24,453 nt of DNA, taken from IMG/VR virus record IMGVR_UViG_3300024255_000158, positions 1 to 24,453 of that record. One strand, given 5' to 3'. Below the pieces are notes generated by a model that was not told where the DNA came from, made no database searches, and saw only the letters and a list, made by a program, of their open reading frames with translations. A program made the translations under genes and the position numbers. Positions 13,639-22,601 of this stretch are shown here, in pieces (positions within the stretch are counted from its first letter, which is position 1; every line of letters starts with the position of its first letter). The stretch comes from a virus. Lineage: Duplodnaviria; Caudoviricetes.

Positions 13639-16600
13639 ATGGCAAAACAGAATATTGATATCGGTGTTGAAGGTAATGATGGTACAGGCGATAGTATTCG
13701 CGAAAGTTTTCGTAAGGTAAATGAAAACTTTAGTGAAATATATGCTGTATTTGGACTAGGTGGACAAATAAGCCTTTTAGACTTAGGCGATACTCCTAAT
13801 ACATATGATGGCCAAGTAAATAAAGTACCGGTAGTAAATGATACTGAAACAGGAATAGTATTTCTTGATTTAGCAAGTGACAATGCTTTAGATCCTACAG
13901 ACCTCGATACAATAGGATTTGACTTTTCTGAAGAAGGTAAACTAGTATTAAAAATTAATGCTATTGATATATCAAGAGATATATTTCCTACACTAGGCGG
14001 CCCACTTAATGCAGCTACACAACCCATTGCAAATATAGCAGAAATAAATCAATCAAGTGTTGATTTATGGCGTGCCTCACATGGTGAAGATATTGAAATA
14101 GGCGATCTTGTTATAAACAAAAGATATGCTGATTCAAATTATCAAGAAAAACAAAGAGCTGGTGCTGGAATCAGATTAGATCCAGAACCTGCAAATAGAG
14201 ATTTTTATACAAAAACAATTGAATCTTTTAATAGTTTTGGCAATCCAGTAATTACAGCACACGGACTAGATGATCAATATTTAGGTGCTCCGTTTATATT
14301 TAGAACAACTAATCCATCAGATCTTCCTACAAATATTGTTGACGAGCAAACTGTATATGTAAGAATTGTAGATCAAAACACACTTACTTTACATACGTCT
14401 GAAGCAGATGCAATTAACAATACATCTAGAATAATATTATCGGGAGGAACCGGTACATTTACTATTGTTGATGCAGATTATGATCCTACATTGACAGGTA
14501 ACTGGTTATCAACTGTAGCGTTGCCACGTGAAAGTGTTACACGTAGACAAGGTGACAGGATGGAAGGTACACTTTTCTTAAATGATCATCCAGGAGATTT
14601 AGCAGGATTAGGTACTGATATCGGTGGATCAGATGATTTACAGGCAGCAACAAAATTATATGTTGATAAAGGTACTCCTACCTCACAAGTTAACTTATAT
14701 GTGGCAACAGATGGCGATGATAGACAAACATATACACCGCCGGGTAAAGAAGGTAGATCACCTAGTTGGGCATATGCTTCGGTAAATGCAGCAGCAAGAA
14801 AAGCTGAAGAAATTATACTATCGGCTCCGATTGAGCCCGGTCCGTATATGCAAACAATTACATTTGGTGGCGGACTTGAATCTTCACTAGTAACAACAGC
14901 AGGGTTTACTGCTCCGCCAGTGAGTAGACCAAATTTTAGTATTCTTATATCTGAAAACGTAGAATTTATACAGCAAGAAGTTTTAGCATTTATAGAAACT
15001 ACATATCCAAATTTTGAATATAATTTGGATACTTGTGCAAGAGATGTTGAGTTTATTGTTAACAGTGTTAGATTAGATATTTTATTAGGCGATAATGCAA
15101 ACTATCTTTCAAGATGGGCAGGTATTAGATATTATTCTAATCCGAGTGCAAGGAAAGCAATTGGAGAACAGTTAGTAGAAACTGTTGCATCTATTGAGCA
15201 TACAAAAAAGCTAATTAGAGATATTGTCAAAGGTGTTACAGTAGGAAGTAGTAATAGTGTTGCAGGTACATTATATCAAGATAGATATACTCAATTCACT
15301 AACGCTGCACTTATTCCAGATGAATTTACAGCAGAGAATGTTGCTAGTGCAACTGATGCTAAATTTGATATTGTATTAGATATTATAGACGGACCAACTC
15401 CAGGTCCATTAGATGCACCTACAGTAGTAGACGGTGCAACTACTTACAAGATTAATTTAAGTAACGGATCTTATGGTTATGTAGATCAAGGTAACCCTAC
15501 TAATACTGATATTATTCCAGGAAAAGTTGTTGTAGGTAAAGAGTCAGGCGCCGTTGGTAGAATTATTGCTTACGATTATGATGCAAATCCTGATACAGTA
15601 TTACCTGCAGATAACGATGTTTTAGAATTACAACTTTTAGAACCTGTTGAATTTATTCCAGGCGAAGAATTAGAGTATGGAAATTTTGTAAGAGAAACAC
15701 AATGTAGTATTAGAATAGAATCAGGCATTTATGAAGAAGACTATCCAATTCGCGTTCCTGCAAACGTAAGTATTAAAGGTGACGAATTTAGACGAGTAAT
15801 AATACGTCCTAAGAAACGTATATCACAATCTAGATATACTAATACATTTTTCTATAGAGATAAACAATTTGATAATTTAACAATTGTCTCAAGTCAAATT
15901 ACACAACTTTCTTCAATAATCGGCGGCGCACCGAATGGTACTAGAGCTGCCGCAGCCGGCACATATGCAGGAGTAACGCCTACAACAGTTACAACAATCG
16001 ATCCTATTACTTCAGCTGTAACAGTAAGCGAAGGCACAAGCGGTGCTGGTGAAAGAGCAACATTTGATATTACTGTAAATGCAAATGGTAGTGTATTACT
16101 AAGTAGTGTTACAATTAATAATCCAGGTACAGGATACTTAGTTGGTGACACTATTACTATTTCAGACGACGATATCGGTGCAACTGGTGCGCCAGATCTT
16201 ACATTTACAGTAGGAGAAATATCAGGCGGCAAGCCTTATATAAATCCGCTAACAAATGAAATAGATGGTTATTTCGGTTATCATTACTTAAAATATCCTA
16301 ATAGATTAAAAAATGTAGGTGAAGGATATCAAAATGCTGGCGGTGCAGTTATAGCATCAAGAATCTTAGAAGATAACAAAGAGTTTATTGCAGAACAAGT
16401 AGTTCAGTATATTGCTGCAACATATCCGTCTTTATCATTTGCACAAGGAAAATGTAATAGAGATGTAAGATTAATTGTAGAAGCAATGGCAAAAGATTTT
16501 GTACTCGGCGGAAATGAAAATGTTTTAGAAGCACAGGGTGAATATTATTACGGTGCATTGCCAAAAGATGGCTCACAAAATGGAGCTACTGAGGATGGCA

Positions 16601-19600
16601 TAAATCAAATTTATACTATTCTACAAGGACTATTTGCAAATGCACAACCTACAACCATCTATGGTGATGTAAATTTAATAGAATACCCTCAAGCAGATTT
16701 ATTTAATGGCGAAGCTGAAGCAACTGCACTATCAATGTCATTAAATTTTATTAATACAATAAATTTTGCATTCAACGACGATTACAATCCACCGTTACCT
16801 AATGACGAAATGGATGTGTTCTTAATGAACGATGCTACAATTCTGCGTAACATGACTGTACAAGGACATGGCGGATTTTTATGTACACTTGATCCATATG
16901 GACAAGTTCTAACTAAATCTCCATACATCCAAACTGGTTCAAGTTTTAGTAGATCGCAAAACAAGCAAGTATTTTCAGGAGGTATGTTTGTAGATGCATT
17001 TACTGGAAATACAGCAGTACAAGTTGTATCAACTGGTAGACCTGCAGACGGAAGTCCGGTTCCAGATGTAACTGCAACTCCTGATCCATTTGTCCTGCAG
17101 GTAAAAAGTTTAGGTAGTCCTGAAGACCCACAAGGTCTTTATATACGTAGACCAGAAACACCTTGCCCATTTTATGTTGATGGTAGAAGATTCCAAGTTA
17201 ATGCAGTAATAAATTACGACCCTGACGAAGGTACTGCGGTACTACTATTAGATAAAAATAGTAACCCTGATGCACTAGGTGTAGGACAAGGCTTTACAGG
17301 TACAACAAGTAATTTACAAACTGGAGTAGACTTAGATTCTGTTGCTCCGTTTGATTTTAATGAAGCAAAATGTGCTAGAGACACTGGATTAATTTTAGAT
17401 GCAGTTGGGTTAGATATTGCATTAGGTTCAAACTATAGAGCAGTTACAGCAGGGTTAGCATATCAACGTGCAAATGCAGATGTTGTTACAGCAGAACAAT
17501 TAGCACAAACAACCGCCGCAATTAATTTTGCTAAAAGTGAAGTACTTGCGTTATCAGCAGTTGCAGCAGACGGTACTGCTACAAGTAGAGCAGGTGCGGC
17601 ATTTGACGAAGTTGTAGATATTTTAAACAACGGTGTAGTAAGTACAGATACCGCAGCAGATGCACTTACTTTCCCAACGCCGGCGGCACAACCTACAACT
17701 AATGCAAACGATGCAAGTGTAATACTACAAGCAAACAAAGCATTCATTAAAGCTCAAGTAACAAGTTTTATTATTACAAATTATCCAAGTCTTACATATA
17801 ATAGTACAAAATGTGAAAGAGATGTAGGATATATCGTTGATGCACTTTCATATGATGTTCTTTATGGAGGTAATTCAGGAACATTAATAAATGCAAGATC
17901 TTACTTTGTTGGCACAGCTGGACAGTTAGGTAACACAGATGAAGAAACTGCTACTGTAGCAGCATATACTGATTTGCAAACTATTGTAAGCGAAGTTGTA
18001 CAAGGTACAAGAGCAGGACAGCCTGTAACAGCAAATCCTGCAACGGGCACAGAAGCAACAATAGTAAGTGATCTAGTTGGAATTATTAAAGATGTAATTG
18101 ATCTTGATACTTTAGAATTATTACCAGCTGAAGTTACACCAAACTTAACTTCATTATCAGTAGGTGCAGCACTAGTATCAGCAAATGTAGATATTAGTAA
18201 TAACAGAGCTTTAATTGTTGCTAGAACAGTACAAAGTATTGATGCTCCAATTGCTATCACACTACAAACTGCTGGTAACAGAAGTATGCTCGGCAACGAC
18301 TTTACACAAGTTAACGACTTAGGTTATGGACTAGTTGTTGTAAATGGTGCGTTATCAGAGATGGTTAGTATGTTTACATATTACTGCCATGCATCGTATT
18401 ATGCTAAGAATGGTTCTGAGATTAGATCTCTTACAGGTTCAAGTTGTTATGGTGATTATGGTCTAGTTGCAGAAGGTTCGGATCCAAATGAAATTCCAGA
18501 CGGAATTTCAACACGTGATGATATGAACAATCCTGCAAAAACATTTACAGCTGATATTATTTTAACTTGTTCTGATAATGTTACTACAGTTGAAGGCGAA
18601 ACAATTACACAGGCATCAACAGGTGCATCTGGTACTGTAACAATTTCAAGTAATACAAGAACAATTTATCTAACAGGTGTATCTAACATATTTGATACTA
18701 CAAATCAACTTACAGGATCAACAAGTGGTGCTTTAGGTGCAAGTAGTGTACCTAGTGAAGTTGATACTTCAGGATATGCAAATGATGAAGAACAATTATT
18801 TGGACACCTTTATGATTTTGAATATTTACCGAGTAATAGAGGTGAATTTGATATCTATCATCCTAACAAAGATGTATTTGCTAGATACGAGATTGCAAAC
18901 GTTGTCGACACAGGCACAATAGTAGGAGAAATATCCGGATTTGGTGATAGTATATCTATAACCTACGCAGGTATTAATTTAGGTGCAGGTACAGGCGCAA
19001 CATTTAAAGTTTCTAAAACAATTACAGATGGATATAGTGTAACTGGTGTATTATTAGGAGAAGATTACGAAGTAGGTGATACTATTACTATTAGTGGTGC
19101 GGACCTAGGCGGAGCAACTCCGGCAAATGATGTTGTAATTACAGCAACCGAAGTTGATAGTAATGGCGGATTTAAAATTTTTACATTCACTGGAACTATT
19201 GCAATAACTGACGATACGCCTAGATACAATGGTAAAATTATCAAAGTTAACTTTGCAACAGGTGACGGTCAGTTTAGTCAAAACGGTATTTTAGAAACAG
19301 GCGGCATACCACATGATACTTATGTACAAGTTAGAAATAACCAAACATTTATCTTTGAAGATATTGCTCGTCCAGATATTTTAACAATTCGTCCATCTAC
19401 TGCGGTTATCTTTAGAGAAAATCCAGATACTGTATATAGAAGTATTTCATTTTTAACTGCGGATGCATTAGGTAATGAACTATCAGAAGACACTACTTTA
19501 GCAGGATTTGATAGTACTTATGATTACGTAAGACTTGTTGTTGATACAGTTAATGCACAAAATACAAAAGGTACAGTACTAGATCTAGATAGTAATCCTC

Positions 19601-22446
19601 TTACAGGCGGAACTACACTAGGTAATACAGCAGGCGATACAACTATTGCTGTAGTTAGAATATACGAAGAAAACGAAATTCGTCGTATTAATAATAATAT
19701 TACAACTCCAGGTGATTTTAGGCCTAGTGATTTTAATGGTACAGGCGAACTTCCTATGATTACAACATGGGCTGGTAAAAAACATACTATATCAAATTAT
19801 AGAGGCGTACAAATTGACCCTGTGTCAGGCGATCACGAAATACAAGCTACGCCGTCAGAATCAGATGATTACGGTATTGTTGATATTGCAGATGTAAGTG
19901 ACTTACAATATCCTGCAAGAGCAGCAGGGCTTGCTTCAACATTAGTATTAGGAACTGTTGTTCCGATACTTAGAAGTGGTCTACAAGCAGGATCACCAGG
20001 TACAGTTACTATTGCAATTTCTACTTGTAGAGCTACAGGACACGACTTCTTAGATGTTGGTACAGGTGGATTTAACACAAGTAACTATCCAAATGTTATC
20101 TTTGGTTTGCCGAGAGCACCAGATCAGTCAAATGAAGTTGACGAACGTGGTAAAGGGCGTGTGTTCTATGTAAGTACCGACCAAAACGGTATCTTTAGAG
20201 TTGGTAGATTCTTTAGTGTGGATCAGGGTACTGGTACTGTTAGTTTCTCAGCAAGTATTGCGCTTTCCGATGTTGACGGCTTAGGCTTTAAACGTGGTGT
20301 TGTTGTTACTGAATTCTCAACAGATACAGCAATGACTGATAACGCATCAGATACAGTACCAACAGAAAGTGCTGTACGTGGGTATGTTAATAGACGTTTA
20401 GGATTCGATCAAACTGGTGCAGCAATTAGTAATAAAATTGGGCCAGGTGTGCTTGCTCCAAACGGTAGTGTGCCTATGACAGCAGATATAAATGCTGCTG
20501 GTAATACTATAACGAATATTAGTACACCAGTTTCAGATAGTGATACTGCAAATAAAGCTTATGTAGATAATAGTCAAGGTAATAATGACACACTTCCAGA
20601 TCTAAGAGACGTTGATATTAATGATTATGATGAAGGACAGTTATTAGTATCAACATCGTTAAAGAAAATTATAATCGACGCAGATTTAATTACAACGTCA
20701 GGACCCGGAGCAGCGTATAAACCAGGACAAACAATATCAGGTAACCTTTCTGGAGCAACTGGTACTGTTGTTGATGTACAAGAAACACAAGGTTTCGAAG
20801 GTGACATTATTATCATTACCTATACACCATTAACCGGAGACTTTAGTTCAGGTGCTCCTGTAGGACAAGATACTGTAAGTGTATCAGGTGTAGTAAATGG
20901 CCCTTGTATAGACGGACCATTATCAGAATGGGCAAATGGTGTTCCTAGCGCAGATAGTGATGTTGTTATAACTACTGAAAGATTTGTTACTACAGACGGA
21001 AGTGGAAATCCAACAGATAGATATACCGAAGTTAGTATTCAACTTGCAACTGAAACTATTGTTAATGCAGATGTTAGCCCAACAGCAGCAATTGCACAAA
21101 GTAAATTAGATTTAAATGCAGCAAGTTTAAGAGCAAATGCAACAGGCATAAGTCAGTCAGATTTAGGTGTTGCATCGTTTAAAGATACAGAATTTACTTC
21201 AACAAACGGATTTATTGAATTACAAACAAGTTCAGATACATCAACAGGTATTGCTCCTGAAAAATTACAACATATTTCAACTGATAATGTTTTAGGTAGA
21301 AGTGTAGCAGGCGATGGTTCAGTAAGTGCAATTCCTTTTGCTACAGTTATAAGTGAAGGTGGCGGTCTAGAAGACGGTGACTTCATTAGTGAAATTGCTT
21401 CTGGAACAGACGCAGGTGAAGCACTAATAAAAACCGGTACTGGTACTTATGGTATTAGTAATGTAACAGTAGCAGGCGAGCCTAACAGTATTGTTAAAAC
21501 TAATGTCGACGGAAGTATTCAAGTTAATAGTCTTATACTCGGAGGGGATAGTAATTACGAAGTATTATCATTAGATACTACAGAGCTACTACTCAAAACA
21601 CCAGGACAAGGTACAATACTTACAGCGACTGGCGGTTCTGCAGGAACAGGAGGATCTCCAAGCGATCCAGGATATGTTCCTCCTACATTCCCAGATCTTG
21701 AGATACCGGGTAGTGTTAATATAGGCGGTACAGGTGTTACAGAAAGTACACTTCAAGCAAGTTCAGTATTAGGTGGTCAAAGTAATCTCGCAGTAGATTG
21801 GATCTACAGTAGCTTTATAGAAGCACCAGGAGAAAAAGGACTTGCAAGTACAGGTATTGCAATAGGTGGAAATACAGGTAAAACAACAGCAGGACAAATT
21901 GCTATTGTTGCATCCGATAGTGGCACAAGTACAAGTGTTACACCGTTTATCTTTAATAAAGACGGTGTTGTTCCTGACTTTGATAACATTTATAACATAG
22001 GTGCGCCAACAAAGAAATATAATACAGTATATGCTAGTGTATTCAACGGAACAGCAACTGAAGCATTATACGCTGACTTAGCTGAAAATTACTTAGCAGA
22101 TGAAAAGTATGCACCTGGCACAGTTTTAGTATTAGGCGGTGATGAAGAAGTTACTACAACTAATATAAAAGAAGATCATAGAGTAGCAGGTGTTGTAACA
22201 ACAAATCCAGCACACTTAATGAACAGTCATTTAAAAGGTGATAATGTTGCCGGAGTGGCACTACAAGGTAGAGTTCCGTGTAATGTTATAGGTAAAGTAC
22301 AAAAAGGTGACATACTTGTTACAAGTGCTATACCAGGATATGCTGTTGTTAACAATGAACCTAAAATTGGTACAATAATAGGTAAAGCTGTTAGTTCTAA
22401 AGATGACAGTGAACGTGGCACTGTAGAAGTATTAGTTGGAAAATAA
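13639..22446 (+). CDS. Giant virion structural protein (baseplate/tail-associated), 2935 aa
   Basis: N-terminal T4 gp9/gp10-like motif IGVEGNDGTGDSIRESFRKVNENF; pectin-lyase-like beta-helix segments (LYVATDGDD, ESGIYEE..PIRVPANVSIKGD, DFTQVNDLGYG); GxxYxVGDTITIS repeats; C-terminal ADLAE...VALQGRVP...IIGKA domain resembling phage intramolecular-chaperone (peptidase G2-like) domains. Confidence 0.85.
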   Translation: MAKQNIDIGVEGNDGTGDSIRESFRKVNENFSEIYAVFGLGGQISLLDLGDTPNTYDGQVNKVPVVNDTETGIVFLDLASDNALDPTDLDTIGFDFSEEGKLVLKINAIDISRDIFPTLGGPLNAATQPIANIAEINQSSVDLWRASHGEDIEIGDLVINKRYADSNYQEKQRAGAGIRLDPEPANRDFYTKTIESFNSFGNPVITAHGLDDQYLGAPFIFRTTNPSDLPTNIVDEQTVYVRIVDQNTLTLHTSEADAINNTSRIILSGGTGTFTIVDADYDPTLTGNWLSTVALPRESVTRRQGDRMEGTLFLNDHPGDLAGLGTDIGGSDDLQAATKLYVDKGTPTSQVNLYVATDGDDRQTYTPPGKEGRSPSWAYASVNAAARKAEEIILSAPIEPGPYMQTITFGGGLESSLVTTAGFTAPPVSRPNFSILISENVEFIQQEVLAFIETTYPNFEYNLDTCARDVEFIVNSVRLDILLGDNANYLSRWAGIRYYSNPSARKAIGEQLVETVASIEHTKKLIRDIVKGVTVGSSNSVAGTLYQDRYTQFTNAALIPDEFTAENVASATDAKFDIVLDIIDGPTPGPLDAPTVVDGATTYKINLSNGSYGYVDQGNPTNTDIIPGKVVVGKESGAVGRIIAYDYDANPDTVLPADNDVLELQLLEPVEFIPGEELEYGNFVRETQCSIRIESGIYEEDYPIRVPANVSIKGDEFRRVIIRPKKRISQSRYTNTFFYRDKQFDNLTIVSSQITQLSSIIGGAPNGTRAAAAGTYAGVTPTTVTTIDPITSAVTVSEGTSGAGERATFDITVNANGSVLLSSVTINNPGTGYLVGDTITISDDDIGATGAPDLTFTVGEISGGKPYINPLTNEIDGYFGYHYLKYPNRLKNVGEGYQNAGGAVIASRILEDNKEFIAEQVVQYIAATYPSLSFAQGKCNRDVRLIVEAMAKDFVLGGNENVLEAQGEYYYGALPKDGSQNGATEDGINQIYTILQGLFANAQPTTIYGDVNLIEYPQADLFNGEAEATALSMSLNFINTINFAFNDDYNPPLPNDEMDVFLMNDATILRNMTVQGHGGFLCTLDPYGQVLTKSPYIQTGSSFSRSQNKQVFSGGMFVDAFTGNTAVQVVSTGRPADGSPVPDVTATPDPFVLQVKSLGSPEDPQGLYIRRPETPCPFYVDGRRFQVNAVINYDPDEGTAVLLLDKNSNPDALGVGQGFTGTTSNLQTGVDLDSVAPFDFNEAKCARDTGLILDAVGLDIALGSNYRAVTAGLAYQRANADVVTAEQLAQTTAAINFAKSEVLALSAVAADGTATSRAGAAFDEVVDILNNGVVSTDTAADALTFPTPAAQPTTNANDASVILQANKAFIKAQVTSFIITNYPSLTYNSTKCERDVGYIVDALSYDVLYGGNSGTLINARSYFVGTAGQLGNTDEETATVAAYTDLQTIVSEVVQGTRAGQPVTANPATGTEATIVSDLVGIIKDVIDLDTLELLPAEVTPNLTSLSVGAALVSANVDISNNRALIVARTVQSIDAPIAITLQTAGNRSMLGNDFTQVNDLGYGLVVVNGALSEMVSMFTYYCHASYYAKNGSEIRSLTGSSCYGDYGLVAEGSDPNEIPDGISTRDDMNNPAKTFTADIILTCSDNVTTVEGETITQASTGASGTVTISSNTRTIYLTGVSNIFDTTNQLTGSTSGALGASSVPSEVDTSGYANDEEQLFGHLYDFEYLPSNRGEFDIYHPNKDVFARYEIANVVDTGTIVGEISGFGDSISITYAGINLGAGTGATFKVSKTITDGYSVTGVLLGEDYEVGDTITISGADLGGATPANDVVITATEVDSNGGFKIFTFTGTIAITDDTPRYNGKIIKVNFATGDGQFSQNGILETGGIPHDTYVQVRNNQTFIFEDIARPDILTIRPSTAVIFRENPDTVYRSISFLTADALGNELSEDTTLAGFDSTYDYVRLVVDTVNAQNTKGTVLDLDSNPLTGGTTLGNTAGDTTIAVVRIYEENEIRRINNNITTPGDFRPSDFNGTGELPMITTWAGKKHTISNYRGVQIDPVSGDHEIQATPSESDDYGIVDIADVSDLQYPARAAGLASTLVLGTVVPILRSGLQAGSPGTVTIAISTCRATGHDFLDVGTGGFNTSNYPNVIFGLPRAPDQSNEVDERGKGRVFYVSTDQNGIFRVGRFFSVDQGTGTVSFSASIALSDVDGLGFKRGVVVTEFSTDTAMTDNASDTVPTESAVRGYVNRRLGFDQTGAAISNKIGPGVLAPNGSVPMTADINAAGNTITNISTPVSDSDTANKAYVDNSQGNNDTLPDLRDVDINDYDEGQLLVSTSLKKIIIDADLITTSGPGAAYKPGQTISGNLSGATGTVVDVQETQGFEGDIIIITYTPLTGDFSSGAPVGQDTVSVSGVVNGPCIDGPLSEWANGVPSADSDVVITTERFVTTDGSGNPTDRYTEVSIQLATETIVNADVSPTAAIAQSKLDLNAASLRANATGISQSDLGVASFKDTEFTSTNGFIELQTSSDTSTGIAPEKLQHISTDNVLGRSVAGDGSVSAIPFATVISEGGGLEDGDFISEIASGTDAGEALIKTGTGTYGISNVTVAGEPNSIVKTNVDGSIQVNSLILGGDSNYEVLSLDTTELLLKTPGQGTILTATGGSAGTGGSPSDPGYVPPTFPDLEIPGSVNIGGTGVTESTLQASSVLGGQSNLAVDWIYSSFIEAPGEKGLASTGIAIGGNTGKTTAGQIAIVASDSGTSTSVTPFIFNKDGVVPDFDNIYNIGAPTKKYNTVYASVFNGTATEALYADLAENYLADEKYAPGTVLVLGGDEEVTTTNIKEDHRVAGVVTTNPAHLMNSHLKGDNVAGVALQGRVPCNVIGKVQKGDILVTSAIPGYAVVNNEPKIGTIIGKAVSSKDDSERGTVEVLVGK
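14950..17880 (+). repeat. Four helical C-x-R-D-x14-G-x-N repeats within the giant protein
   Basis: Cys codons at 15034, 16453, 17371, 17812 (aa 466, 939, 1245, 1392): CARDVEFIVNSVRLDILLGDN, CNRDVRLIVEAMAKDFVLGGN, CARDTGLILDAVGLDIALGSN, CERDVGYIVDALSYDVLYGGN. Confidence 0.9.
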
Positions 22447-22448
22447 TA

Positions 22449-22601
22449 ATGAAACGAAGCACTCTTGAGAAATTAATGAAAACACAAAAAGCATCGGTTG
22501 ACTTAGATGAGAGTCAGCCTCAAACTAGACAGGTTATTGCAACAGCTGGTACAATAAAAGTTCGTGTAGAAGGAAAATCGAATGGCAAAACAGACAATTA
22601 A
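22449..22601 (+). CDS. Hypothetical protein, 50 aa (missing from ORF track)
   Basis: MKRSTLEKLMKTQKASVDLDESQPQTRQVIATAGTIKVRVEGKSNGKTDN; fills the gap and overlaps the next gene. Confidence 0.6.
   Translation: MKRSTLEKLMKTQKASVDLDESQPQTRQVIATAGTIKVRVEGKSNGKTDN

Noticed and set aside
13623-22421. Many short minus-strand and alternate-frame ORFs within the giant gene
   Set aside because: Shadows caused by codon bias; no SDs, promoters or motifs. The same applies to those inside lig, uvsE and the 5883 gene.
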